Shown one piece after another: positions 44,926 to 55,182 of a stretch of 64,000 nucleotides of DNA. Under the pieces are notes generated by a model. The model made no database searches. It worked only from the letters and a program-made list of their open reading frames with translations, and had not been told where the DNA came from. The stretch spans positions 29,200-93,199 of the forward strand of contig CBFGJX010000009.1 of NCBI GenBank assembly GCA_965649225.1, read 5' to 3'. Each line of letters opens with the position of its first letter. Position 1 is the stretch's first letter. The position numbers and the translations under genes were made by a program. Source of the stretch: a candidate division WOR-3 bacterium. Lineage in GTDB: Bacteria > Hydrothermota > Tepidihabitantia > Tepidihabitantales > Tepidihabitantaceae.

Positions 44926-47463
44926 TCAAGCCGGTCGGCGCCGACGGGTGAAGAGTTTGTAGATTTCGAACGGTACGATGCCGGCAACACCGGCGCCAAG
45001 ACACAGAAGCAGGTCGTCCGGATGCAGAACCTCAAACCGGAACAGCCCGCGCAAAACCGGCACGGCCAGAACCAGTCCCAAAAGCACCGTCGCACCGGCG
45101 ACAACCGACCACAGCGCCCGGTTTGGTCGCAGCAGCGCGGTGACAACGCTGTCCGACCACGACCGGTTGGAAAGAATCAGGCACAGATTCGCGATAACCA
45201 GCGTCGTGAACATCAGCCCGCGCGCTTCCAGTTCACCCTTGCCGCGGAAGGCAGTGGCATAAACCGTCAGCACTACGGCCAGAACGAACAAACCCTGCAA
45301 AAGACTCCAGAGTATCATCCGGCGGTCAAAGAACCGCTCATTGGGACGCCGCGGCGGCCGCCGCATCGAATCCGGTTCCGCCGGCTCGGCCTCGAATGCC
45401 ACCGAACAGGCCGGGTCAATGACCAGCTCGAGAAAGACGACATGCACCGGCAGCAGCACCAGCGGCCAGCCGAACAGCACCGGCAGCAGCGTCATTCCGG
45501 CAATCGGGACATGGACGGCAAAGATGTAGGCAATCGCCTTTTTCAGATTGTCCAGAATCCGCCGACCCTGAGCCACCGCGGTGACAATCGTGGTGAAATC
45601 ATCGTCCAGCAGCACCAGCGCCGCGGCCTCGCGGGCGACATCGGTGCCGCGGCCACCCATTGCAATACCAATCTGCGCGCTGTGGATTGCCGGCGCGTCG
45701 TTCACCCCATCGCCGGTCATCACCACCACCTCGCCGGCGGCGACCAGCGCTCGCACCAGCCGCAGTTTCTGCTCCGGCACCACCCGGGCGCAGATACTCA
45801 CCGTCCGCACCCGCTCGCGCAGAGTCTCGTCATCGAGTGAATCCAGCTCGGCGCCGGTCAACAGTCCGCCGGGGTCCAGACCGATACGCCGCCCGATGTC
45901 AACCGCTGTGCCCGGATAGTCGCCGGTAATCATCACCACTCTGATTCCGGCTGCCCGGCAGGCTTCAATCGCCGCCGGCACGCCCGGCCGGATCGGGTCG
46001 GCAAACCCGACCAGCCCGATAAACTCAAAGCCGAAGTCGTGCTGCTGCGCCGGCAGGCTGGTCAGCCGGAACCGGGCCCGGGCAACCCCCAGCACCCGCA
46101 AACCCTCGGCCGCCATCGCCCGCACCAGCCCGTCCAGCTCTTCCAGTCGCGGCCGGTCGAGATGACAGAGGTCGAATATCGCCTCCGGCGCACCCTTGGC
46201 GGCAATGCAGTACTCCTGTCCATCCGGCGACCGCCACACCCGCGACATTGCCAGCAGTTCGCGCGACAGCGGATACTCCCGCACCAGTTCCCAGTCGCCG
46301 TGCAGGTGTTCGGTGCCGCCCAGTTCCCGCTCCCCCAGCTCTCGCAACGCCCGCTCCATCGGGTCAACCGGCACTGCCGAGCTCGCCAGAATCGCATACT
46401 CCAGCGGCTGGTGGCACTGCTCGGGCAGACCAGTGGAATCACTATCGGCAATCCGGCAGCGCCGGCCGCCGCCCCAGATTTCGGCCACGCACATCCGGTT
46501 CATCGTCAACGTGCCGGTCTTGTCAACGCACAGCACCGTTGCCGAACCGAGGGCCTGAATTGCGTTCAGGCGCCGCACCAGCGCCTGCCGCCGCGACAAC
46601 CGCCACGCTCCCAGTGCCAGAAACACCGTCAGCACCACCGGTATTTCCTCGGGCAGAATCGCCATTGCCAGCGTCAGCCCGGCCAGCAGCCCGGCGGCGA
46701 GGTCGCCATGCAACAGACCAAAAACGGCGGCAACCACCGCGCTGGTGCCCAGCCCCAACAGTGCCATCACCCGCACCAGCCGGCGGCTTTCCAGTTCCAG
46801 CGGCGAATCCTCCGGCTCGATGCTTTCCAGCGCCCGGCCGATACCGCCCAGATAGGTACTGCCACCGGTGGAACGGACTACCGCCAGTCCCTGACCACCG
46901 ACCACCAGTGTACCCGAGAATACCGAGGAAGAGTCATCACCACCCGGCCGGGCCAGCGGGTCATCGAGCAGCCCGGCGGTCTTGCGGACGGTTGCCGACT
47001 CGCCGGTCAGCAGCGATTCGTCCACCTGTAAATGGCTGCAGTCAACCAGCACCGCATCAGCCGGTACCCGGTCTCCTTCACCCAGCACCAGCAGGTCGCC
47101 CGGTACCACATCACGGCCGGCCACCCGTACCGGCACTCCGTCCCGGATCACCAGTGCCCGCGGCGAAGCCAGCTCCCGCAACGCCGCCAGTGCCCGTTCG
47201 GTGCGCAGCTCCTGCAAAAGCGTGATCCCCACCACCACGACAACGAAACCCAAGAGCATCAGCGCATCCTGCAGCTCGCCCAGCACCAGATACACCCCGC
47301 CGGCAGCCAGCAGCAGCAGAAACATCGGCTCCCGGATTACTTCAAACAGCAGCCGCACCAGTCCGCGGGCCTTGCCACCCGGCACTTCGTTCGGTCCGAA
47401 CCGCCGCAGTCGCGCACCCGCCTCGGCTGCAGTCAAGCCGGTCGGCTGCCGATGCTCGCTCAT
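44926..47463 (-). CDS. P-type cation-transporting ATPase (type II-like)
   Basis: LTGES, PEEIP, DKTGT, KGAPE, TGD, GDGVND. Confidence 0.95.
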   Translation of the reverse strand: MSEHRQPTGLTAAEAGARLRRFGPNEVPGGKARGLVRLLFEVIREPMFLLLLAAGGVYLVLGELQDALMLLGFVVVVVGITLLQELRTERALAALRELASPRALVIRDGVPVRVAGRDVVPGDLLVLGEGDRVPADAVLVDCSHLQVDESLLTGESATVRKTAGLLDDPLARPGGDDSSSVFSGTLVVGGQGLAVVRSTGGSTYLGGIGRALESIEPEDSPLELESRRLVRVMALLGLGTSAVVAAVFGLLHGDLAAGLLAGLTLAMAILPEEIPVVLTVFLALGAWRLSRRQALVRRLNAIQALGSATVLCVDKTGTLTMNRMCVAEIWGGGRRCRIADSDSTGLPEQCHQPLEYAILASSAVPVDPMERALRELGERELGGTEHLHGDWELVREYPLSRELLAMSRVWRSPDGQEYCIAAKGAPEAIFDLCHLDRPRLEELDGLVRAMAAEGLRVLGVARARFRLTSLPAQQHDFGFEFIGLVGFADPIRPGVPAAIEACRAAGIRVVMITGDYPGTAVDIGRRIGLDPGGLLTGAELDSLDDETLRERVRTVSICARVVPEQKLRLVRALVAAGEVVVMTGDGVNDAPAIHSAQIGIAMGGRGTDVAREAAALVLLDDDFTTIVTAVAQGRRILDNLKKAIAYIFAVHVPIAGMTLLPVLFGWPLVLLPVHVVFLELVIDPACSVAFEAEPAEPDSMRRPPRRPNERFFDRRMILWSLLQGLFVLAVVLTVYATAFRGKGELEARGLMFTTLVIANLCLILSNRSWSDSVVTALLRPNRALWSVVAGATVLLGLVLAVPVLRGLFRFEVLHPDDLLLCLGAGVAGIVPFEIYKLFTRRRRPA

Positions 47464-48254
47464 TATCGCCCCTGGTTTGTGCCCGGCCGATGCCAGACGC
47501 CGGCTGCGCCCCAGCGGGTGACGACCGGTAACCACCGGTAACCTCGCGCTTCGAGCAGTCCGGTGTCCAGTTGTATCAGCGGGTCGCTGGCAAAAATGAA
47601 CACCTCGGCGGCAACCCGTTCCAGCTCAATCACTGCCGCTTTCAGTTTTCCCGCCACTGCCGACGGACTCACCAGCGCCAGCTCAACCGACCGGGCCGGC
47701 AATCCGGTGCGCTCCAGCCCGGCGCGCACCACTCGCAGTTTTTTCAGTCGCTCCCGCCCGGCCTTGCGCTCAATGTAGTCGGCCAGCACTGGCTCGGGCT
47801 CGACAACAATCACCCCGGCTGTCCGCCGCAGCCGCACGGCACTGACCGGACTGTGACCGCCCGCCAGCAGCAACCGCAGCCGCCACAGCTGCCGCCCCCG
47901 CAACAGCGGCGCCAGTTCAAGCTCCTGCCAGGGCAATGCCTCGTAGAGCGCCGGCGCCTTCGCAATCAGCAGTTCCCGCCAGCAGCGGCGAACCAGCCGC
48001 CGCTGGGCAGCCTGAATGTCGGCCAGCGTGAGACCGTAGTCTGGTATCCGCAGTTTTCGCAGGTCAATCCCCGGCCAGAGTTCGGGTGCGTTGATTGCTG
48101 CCGTCGCCCAGTCCGGGTCAGTCGGATTGGCCAGCGCCCGCAGTGTCGCCAGTGGCAGCCGGGCAAAGTCGGCGATATCAAGCCGGCCCCAGTTGACTAC
48201 CCGGTCAAGCAGCGTGTCCTGCCCGGCCGGCGCCAGGCAGGAATTGACAGTCAT
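47463..48254 (-). CDS. Hypothetical protein, possibly a degenerate methyltransferase fold
   Basis: Operon position; VVEPEP..LPARSVELAL weakly resembles SAM-MTase motifs. Confidence 0.6.
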   Translation of the reverse strand: MTVNSCLAPAGQDTLLDRVVNWGRLDIADFARLPLATLRALANPTDPDWATAAINAPELWPGIDLRKLRIPDYGLTLADIQAAQRRLVRRCWRELLIAKAPALYEALPWQELELAPLLRGRQLWRLRLLLAGGHSPVSAVRLRRTAGVIVVEPEPVLADYIERKAGRERLKKLRVVRAGLERTGLPARSVELALVSPSAVAGKLKAAVIELERVAAEVFIFASDPLIQLDTGLLEARGYRWLPVVTRWGAAGVWHRPGTNQGR

Positions 48255-48257
48255 GAC

Positions 48258-49418
48258 TCAGGCCGTGCTGAGCATCCGGCCAATCCGGTCTAGTGCCTTG
48301 GCAATGTTCTCGATTGAATTGGCGTAGGAAAACCGCAGATAACCATTACCGTACTTGCCGAAGCACGTCCCGGCCAGACAGGCGACCCCCTGCTCTTCCA
48401 GCAGCCGATGAGCCAGGACCTCGCAGTCGATGCCGGTGTCCTCGACGTTGGGCAGGACATAAAAAGCGCCCTCCGGCCGCTTGCAGCGGAATCCGGGCAG
48501 CCGGTTCAGTCCGTCAACGATGAAATCGCGCCGGCGCCGGAACTCGGCCAGCATTCGGTCAACTTCGTCGCGCGGCCCGCGCAGGGCAGCCAGACAGGCC
48601 CGCTGTGAAAACGTCGCGGTGCAGGAATTGGTGTTGGTCTGGATACGCGCCAGCCAATCGGCCATCCGCGGGGGCATGATGCCGTAACCCACCCGCCAGC
48701 CGGTCATCGCGAATGTCTTGGAAAATCCGTCGAGAATAATCAGCCGCTGGCCGATGTCGGGAATCCGGGCGATGCTCTCGAACGGCTTGTCATAGACTAT
48801 TTCCGAATAGATTTCATCGGAAAGAATCCAGACATTGTGCCGGAGCGCAGTCTCGGCAATCAACTGCAGGTCACCGCTGGTCAGCACCCCACCGGTAGGG
48901 TTGCCGGGCGAATTGATAATGATCAGTTTGGTCCGCGGATTGACCAGCCGGGCGAGCTCCTCGGCATCCAGCCGGAAATCGCGCTCCTCACGCAGCCGGA
49001 TGGGTACCGCCGTGCCGCCCATGTACTCAATCATCGACTCGTAGATGGGGAAGCCCGGATTCGGATAAATGACCTCGTCGCCCGGTTCGACTAGGGCCAT
49101 GATTGCAAAGGCCATCACCGGCTTGCCACCGGGGGTAACGACTACTTGCTCGGGAGTGAAATGCACGCCGCGCCGCTTGCCGGCATACTCGGCAATTGCT
49201 TCGCGCAGTTCGGGCAGTCCGGCCGAAGGCCCGTAGTGGGTATAACCCTCGTCCAGTGCCTGTTTCGCCGCCTCCCGGATATGCTTCGGCGTATCAAAGT
49301 CCGGCTCGCCGATTTCCAGATGAACAACATCCATCCGGCATTCCAGTGCCTTGGCCCGGCACAAACAGTCAAAAGCGGTCTCGGTGCCGAGCCGGGCCAT
49401 CCGTTCTGCCAGCCGCAT
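48258..49418 (-). CDS. Class I/II PLP aminotransferase (aspartate aminotransferase-like)
   Basis: IGEPDFDTP, NSPGNPTG, SDEIY, GFSKTFAMTGWRVG. Confidence 0.93.
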   Translation of the reverse strand: MRLAERMARLGTETAFDCLCRAKALECRMDVVHLEIGEPDFDTPKHIREAAKQALDEGYTHYGPSAGLPELREAIAEYAGKRRGVHFTPEQVVVTPGGKPVMAFAIMALVEPGDEVIYPNPGFPIYESMIEYMGGTAVPIRLREERDFRLDAEELARLVNPRTKLIIINSPGNPTGGVLTSGDLQLIAETALRHNVWILSDEIYSEIVYDKPFESIARIPDIGQRLIILDGFSKTFAMTGWRVGYGIMPPRMADWLARIQTNTNSCTATFSQRACLAALRGPRDEVDRMLAEFRRRRDFIVDGLNRLPGFRCKRPEGAFYVLPNVEDTGIDCEVLAHRLLEEQGVACLAGTCFGKYGNGYLRFSYANSIENIAKALDRIGRMLSTA

Positions 49419-49421
49419 GGC

Positions 49422-51566
49422 TTATTCGCCTCCTCCGGCTGTCTTTTTGCCCTCGGTCTTTTTCGCCGCTGGCTTCTTTGCTGCCGGCTTTCTGGCTGCC
49501 GGTTTCTTTGTCGCCGGTTTCTTGGGTGCTACCGGAGCAGTTTTGCGGCCTTGGACAAAGTCATACAGCTCCTTGGCCCGGGTGGCGATATGCTCGCCGG
49601 AAACCTCAAACTCCCACAAAAGCTCCCAAGGCTGGCCGGATTCGCCGAACCGGTCCTTCACGCCCACTGCCCCGAATGCGACCGGGACGCCGTAGAGTTC
49701 AGGCGCGGCATGAAGGTGATGCGACACCCAGTTGGCCAGCCCGCCAACCTGATGCTCTTCGGCAGTGATGACGATGCCGGTTTCGGCTGCGGCCCGGATT
49801 GCCTGGTCGGGAACAAACGGCTTCAGGGTATGATAGTTCAGCACCCGGGTCTCGATGCCGTATTCCTCCTTCAATATCCAGGCTGCCCGCATCGCTTCCG
49901 GCACCATCGGGCCACAGGCGATGATAGTCAGGTCCTCGTTTTCGTTGTCGTACTCGCAGGCCAGCCGGCACTCAAAGGCATCGATGAAATCCGGCTTCTC
50001 GCCCCGGTAGCGGTAAACATTCGGTTCGCCCCACACGAAGGGTGTATCGGGCCGGGTCACCACCGGTGTCGCCTCGCGCGCAAACCGGATGTACTTCGGC
50101 CCGGTGATACCAAACAGCAGATGCTCGGTCGCCCGGTCGGTTTCCAGCGCGTCGCAGGGCACGGCGACATGCATGTTCGGCAGTCCGCAGATCTGAAACA
50201 GGTCCTCGAGCGCCTGATGCGTCGCGCCGTCCGGCCCGACCGAAAGCCCGCCGTGGGCTCCGGCAATCAGCACGTTCAGATTGCCGTAGGCAACGGTAGT
50301 ACGCAACTGGTCAAGATTGCGCCCGGCGGCAAACACGCCATAGGTGCCGAAAATCGGAATCTTGCCCTCGCGGGCCAGGCCGGCCGCGACACAGGTGCCC
50401 GATTGCTCGGCAATCCCGACCGACAGCCAGCGTTCGCAGCGTTCCGGGTCGCATTCGAAGAACTTCGAGATGGCAATCGAACTGGAAATGTCGGCGCCGA
50501 TTGCCACTGTCCGCCGGTCTTTGCCGCAGCGCGCCAGCGCCTCGCCAAACCCCAGCCGCGTCGCCTTCATCTCCACCTTCATCACCTTCTGCCGGTTCCA
50601 GAAGTAGTCCCGACCGCTGGGAAACTTCGGAATGCTCGCCGCCAGCCCGGTAGTGACCTCGGCCTGATACTCTTCGGCCCGCTTCAGCAGCTTCTCGTAG
50701 TCGATCCGGTAACGCAGACCGAGGGCATCAAGCGCCTTCACCAGCTCCTCATGATTCGGCGCCCGACCGTGCCAGCCGGCAACATTCTCCATGAACGGCA
50801 CGCCCTTGCCCTTGGTGGTATTGGCGACGATTGCCGTCGGCTGTCCTTTGGTGGCAATCGCCTTCTCGTAGGCCTTGACAATCTGCTGCATGTTGTGGCC
50901 GTCGATTTCAATCACCGCCCAGCCAAACGCGCGCAGTTTGTCGGGGACCGGGTCGATGTTCATCACCTCTTTCACCCAGCCGTCAATCTGCAGCCGGTTC
51001 TTGTCGAGAATGCAGCAGAGATTGTCGAGGTTCCAGGCCGCGGCCTCCATCAGCGCTTCCCAGATCTGCCCTTCCTGCATCTCGCCGTCGCCAATAAAGC
51101 ACCAGGTCCGCCAGTTCTTGTGGTCCATCTTGGCGGCGCGGGCCATGCCGACCGCAATCGAAAGACCCTGGCCCAGCGAGCCGGTGGAAACTTCCACACC
51201 CGGCAGCTTCAACCAGTGCGGATGACCCTGATATGGTGAATGCAGCTTGCGCAGCCGGACAACGTCCTCGATCGGAAAATAGCCGGCCATCCCGAGCGCA
51301 ACGTACAGTGCTGGTGCCTTGTGACCGGTCGACCAGACAATCCGGTCCCGCTCCGGCCACTCGGGATTCTGCGGGTCCAGTCGGGCGGCATGCAGATACA
51401 GCGCCGCCGCCAGGTCCATCACCGACAGCGTCCCGCCCGAGTGGCCCGAGCCGGCCGCGCACAGGGCAATCAGGTTGTAACCCCGCATCATCCGAGCGGC
51501 ATCAACCAGCTCGGCAAGGGTGTAGGTTCGTCGCGTCGTGTTGTTCTTGGAATCGACCAGTGGCAT
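49422..51566 (-). CDS. tkt: Transketolase, N and C subunits fused, with Lys/Ala/Pro tail
   Basis: SGHSGG, GHP, TGSLGQG, GDGEMQEG..N, GIAEQ, GPDGATHQ, EEH. Confidence 0.92.
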   Translation of the reverse strand: MPLVDSKNNTTRRTYTLAELVDAARMMRGYNLIALCAAGSGHSGGTLSVMDLAAALYLHAARLDPQNPEWPERDRIVWSTGHKAPALYVALGMAGYFPIEDVVRLRKLHSPYQGHPHWLKLPGVEVSTGSLGQGLSIAVGMARAAKMDHKNWRTWCFIGDGEMQEGQIWEALMEAAAWNLDNLCCILDKNRLQIDGWVKEVMNIDPVPDKLRAFGWAVIEIDGHNMQQIVKAYEKAIATKGQPTAIVANTTKGKGVPFMENVAGWHGRAPNHEELVKALDALGLRYRIDYEKLLKRAEEYQAEVTTGLAASIPKFPSGRDYFWNRQKVMKVEMKATRLGFGEALARCGKDRRTVAIGADISSSIAISKFFECDPERCERWLSVGIAEQSGTCVAAGLAREGKIPIFGTYGVFAAGRNLDQLRTTVAYGNLNVLIAGAHGGLSVGPDGATHQALEDLFQICGLPNMHVAVPCDALETDRATEHLLFGITGPKYIRFAREATPVVTRPDTPFVWGEPNVYRYRGEKPDFIDAFECRLACEYDNENEDLTIIACGPMVPEAMRAAWILKEEYGIETRVLNYHTLKPFVPDQAIRAAAETGIVITAEEHQVGGLANWVSHHLHAAPELYGVPVAFGAVGVKDRFGESGQPWELLWEFEVSGEHIATRAKELYDFVQGRKTAPVAPKKPATKKPAARKPAAKKPAAKKTEGKKTAGGGE

Positions 51567-51579
51567 TGCTCCTCCGCCT

Positions 51580-52230
<651 letters not shown>

Positions 52231-52469
52231 AATCTCTCCTCAGGCAGTCGCAACCGGACAGCAGTACGCCGGTTGTCCTTCGGCACCCGGAAACAGATTC
52301 TGCTTCACGGTCTCGCAGTATACCCCTCAACGACAAGTCCAGTCAACCCCTGCCGGACAGCAACTTGACCCCCGCCGGCGCAACCGGATACTCAACTAGT
52401 GAAAACGCCGCCCTCAAACCTCACCCGGCGCCGCCGGCCGGTGCCGCACCGCGAAACGTATCCGCGCCG

Positions 52470-52979
52470 ATGACTCTTGCCGCAATTCTCGACTGGCACC
52501 TTGCGCACTACCCGCTGCTTGCCGCCGTCGATATCTACAAGCTGATTCACCAGGGCGTATACGGGCCGGGACACATCATCCGCGACCCGGCCTTGGCCCG
52601 GGCCGCGCTGGAAAACGAGTACCGGTCGATTGCGTCCGAACCGGACCGGTCAGCGCCGACCGAACCGCTGACGCCCGACAACCGCTTTATCCGCGTCAAC
52701 CTGTACCGGCTCGACCCGTCGGCGCTCGAACGGCTTTGTGCGGCTTTACTCGCCAGCGCCCGTGACGCAGTGGCTGACCACGCGACCATGCGCACCCGGC
52801 TGCTTTCTGCAATCGACTTGGCTCAGTCCGACCGGCCCGACCTCGCCGAAGAGCTGCGCCGGCTGCTGACCGAGAACGAACCGCTGGCATTTCCCGCCCG
52901 GCATCATTCACCGGTCTATCAGCAGGCCTACCGCCCGGCCTACCGCGTGGTCAACCCTTTGTACTGGCAGCGGCCCTGA
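52470..52979 (+). CDS. Conserved hypothetical protein
   Basis: HYP..DIYKLIHQGVYGPGH and HHSPVY..YRPAYRVV motif-like segments. Confidence 0.7.
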   Translation: MTLAAILDWHLAHYPLLAAVDIYKLIHQGVYGPGHIIRDPALARAALENEYRSIASEPDRSAPTEPLTPDNRFIRVNLYRLDPSALERLCAALLASARDAVADHATMRTRLLSAIDLAQSDRPDLAEELRRLLTENEPLAFPARHHSPVYQQAYRPAYRVVNPLYWQRP

Positions 52980-53622
52980 CCCCGACCTGCCGGCACCAGC
53001 GCCGGACCGGACACTGCCCACAACGGGGTGCGCGCGGCAGACATATCGTCTGCCCCAGTGCCACCAGCAGACTGTTCCAGCGGCCAGCAGTGCGCCGGGG
53101 CAGGATTGCTGCCAGCGCTCTCTCCGTCTGCTCGGGCCGGACAGTACGCACCAGCCCCAGCCGGTTGGAAATCCGCTGAACATGGGTGTCGACCGCAATC
53201 GCCGGCTGGCGATAGGCAACCGCCAGCACGATATTGGCCACCTTACGGCCGACGCCGGGCAACTGCAGCAGCTCTTCCAGTGTATCCGGCACCCGGCCCT
53301 GCCAGCGCTCGACGAGCAGCCGGGCCAGCTCTGGCAGAGCTGCCGCCTTGGTGTGGTAGAATCCGACCGGGTAAATCAGCTTCTCCACCTCGGCCGGGCT
53401 CAGGCGGGCCAGCGCAGCCGGACTGGCAGCCACCCGCATCAGCCGCCCGGTTGCGGCCGCGGTCACCGGATCCTGAGTCCGGGTCGAAAGCACTGCCCCC
53501 ACCAGCACCCGGAACGCACCGCGGTCCGGCATCCGCTTCACCGGCGCATCCAGCCGGGGCCAGACCCGCTCGAGGGCGGCAATTATCTTCTTGGCGCGCT
53601 GGCGCCGCGGGTCAGATACCAA
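52951..53622 (-). CDS. nth: Endonuclease III
   Basis: HhH LPGVGRKVAN, VDTHV, CLPRAPRCGQCPVRRWC Fe-S motif. Confidence 0.93.
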   Translation of the reverse strand: MVSDPRRQRAKKIIAALERVWPRLDAPVKRMPDRGAFRVLVGAVLSTRTQDPVTAAATGRLMRVAASPAALARLSPAEVEKLIYPVGFYHTKAAALPELARLLVERWQGRVPDTLEELLQLPGVGRKVANIVLAVAYRQPAIAVDTHVQRISNRLGLVRTVRPEQTERALAAILPRRTAGRWNSLLVALGQTICLPRAPRCGQCPVRRWCRQVGVRAAASTKG

Positions 53623-54028
53623 AAACCCGCAGCAGGGTCAGAATCCCCTGCGTGAGCACACCGGTGAGCGAGATGACCATCAGAATCGGATGCAGTCGGG
53701 TTATCGGTGCCACCTCGCCCATCCGCGACCGGCCGAAAGTGACAACTGTTGCCAGCGCAGTCACCCCCAGGACCACCACTGACAACACCAGATGGCCGGG
53801 CAGCTTCAGCTCCAGCCCGCGGCCGCGGATGATTGTCGCGAAAAACATCCCGGTGACGAAATTGCCCACACAGAGCAGCAGATAGGTAATCGTCCGATTA
53901 CGCTGCTGGCGCAGCGGATAGTCCCAGTCATTGATCCGGGAAAGTGCAATCTGGGCAATCCGCAGGCCGTAACCGAGCGTGAAAACCGCCAGCGCCGGAT
54001 GAATCAGCCCGTACCAGGGAAACTTCAT
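53612..54028 (-). CDS. Four-TM membrane protein with His residues in TM segments (cytochrome b561/DUF4079-like)
   Basis: IHP, GHL, LHP within hydrophobic helices. Confidence 0.7.
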   Translation of the reverse strand: MKFPWYGLIHPALAVFTLGYGLRIAQIALSRINDWDYPLRQQRNRTITYLLLCVGNFVTGMFFATIIRGRGLELKLPGHLVLSVVVLGVTALATVVTFGRSRMGEVAPITRLHPILMVISLTGVLTQGILTLLRVFGI

Positions 54029-54831
54029 TTTGCGCTCCGGATCACTCCCACCCGGCACTCGGCCAGCAGTTTCAGCAGATTGCGCGACCCGTGCAGCCGC
54101 ACGGCATCATACTGACTGACAACCAGGTCACAGCGATTCCTGCCGGCAACTGCGACCGCCCGCACCAGCAGCGGCCGGGTTCCGATTCGCTCGTCATTCT
54201 GCGCCGCCACCCGCGAGGTGTAATAGCGCACCGCCCCCCGCTCGGCCAGATATGCCGGGTCGGCAAAGCCCGGGCCGAAAACTTCACGGTTGTCTTCCGT
54301 CACCACTGCCGGGAAAAACGCCGGCTGGGGGTCCAGTTCGGTCGCATCAATCAACACACCGGTGTAGTCGGTCGGCCCGCCGGTCTCCAAAGGCACCAGC
54401 TTCACGCCTGCCGGCGGCTCCCGGTCAGCCGGCCAAGGCTGACCGCAGCACGGACAGGCAGTCGGCCCGAGCAGCCGACCATTACCGGTCGCCGGCAGAA
54501 CCAGATTCAGAAACGGCCCGAGATAAGAAAAATGAAAGTCAGTAGTGGCCGGACCATCGGAACGGTAGCGGGTGGCTCCCCGGCGCCAGTCCAGCCGCAG
54601 CCGGCCAAACCTGCGCTCGGCCGCGGGGTTGGCGGCCAGAAACTGCTCCACAGTCCGGTCCCGGTCATAGACGGCCTGCCGCAACGCATCCAGTGCCGCC
54701 TTGACCATTTCCGGCCCCGGGTCGGACTCGCCGCCCTCTGAACTCACCACCACAACCTGCTGTTCAAAATCAACCGTTGCGGCAGCCGCCCAGACACCGA
54801 CAATCAGCAGCAGTACGACTAGTTGCCTCAT
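54025..54831 (-). CDS. Exported LPP20-like protein
   Basis: Signal peptide; YTGVLIDA..P..EVFG..G.V.Y..RIG.RPL. Confidence 0.7.
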   Translation of the reverse strand: MRQLVVLLLIVGVWAAAATVDFEQQVVVVSSEGGESDPGPEMVKAALDALRQAVYDRDRTVEQFLAANPAAERRFGRLRLDWRRGATRYRSDGPATTDFHFSYLGPFLNLVLPATGNGRLLGPTACPCCGQPWPADREPPAGVKLVPLETGGPTDYTGVLIDATELDPQPAFFPAVVTEDNREVFGPGFADPAYLAERGAVRYYTSRVAAQNDERIGTRPLLVRAVAVAGRNRCDLVVSQYDAVRLHGSRNLLKLLAECRVGVIRSAK

Positions 54832-54887
54832 AAACCATTCTGCCGGCAGCGCTTATCAAACCGAAGCCACTGCTGGCAGTCCTTTCA

Positions 54888-54958
54888 AGCGGCCAACGGG
54901 AATCGAACCCGTGTAACCGGCTTGGGAAGCCGGGGCTCTACCTCTGAGCTATGGCCGC
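54888..54958 (-). tRNA. tRNA-Gly (anticodon CCC), CCA not encoded
   Basis: GCGGCCA acceptor, GCTC/GAGC D arm, CCGGC-TTCCCAA-GCCGG anticodon arm, GGTTCGATTCC T arm. Confidence 0.93.
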
Positions 54959-55031
54959 ACTTAACTGAGCCCAAACACCTGATTGTCAGGCCATTCGCTC
55001 GCTACCGGCTGCCCAAGCACCCGGTCGGAGA

Positions 55032-55069
55032 CTTGGGAAGCCGGGGCTCTGCCTCTGAGCTATGGCCGC
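55032..55069 (-). repeat. Duplicated 5' half of tRNA-Gly
   Basis: 38 nt matching the tRNA 5' end through the anticodon loop with 1 mismatch. Confidence 0.92.
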
Positions 55070-55085
55070 AGGCGACAAGCCTCCA

Positions 55086-55113
55086 ATGGTAAACCCTGCG
55101 GTTATTCTGTCAA
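55086..55113 (-). promoter_or_regulatory. Sigma70 promoter for the tRNA transcript
   Basis: TTGACA-16 bp-TACCAT. Confidence 0.6.
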
Positions 55114-55134
55114 GCCGCTCACCCCGACCGCTGA

Positions 55135-55164
55135 TTGACATCCGATTGGTGCTCCCCTTATCAT
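55135..55164 (+). promoter_or_regulatory. Divergent sigma70 promoter
   Basis: TTGACA-18 bp-TATCAT before GGAGG and TTG 55183. Confidence 0.55.
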
Positions 55165-55182
55165 CTCGCCCCGGGAGGACAC

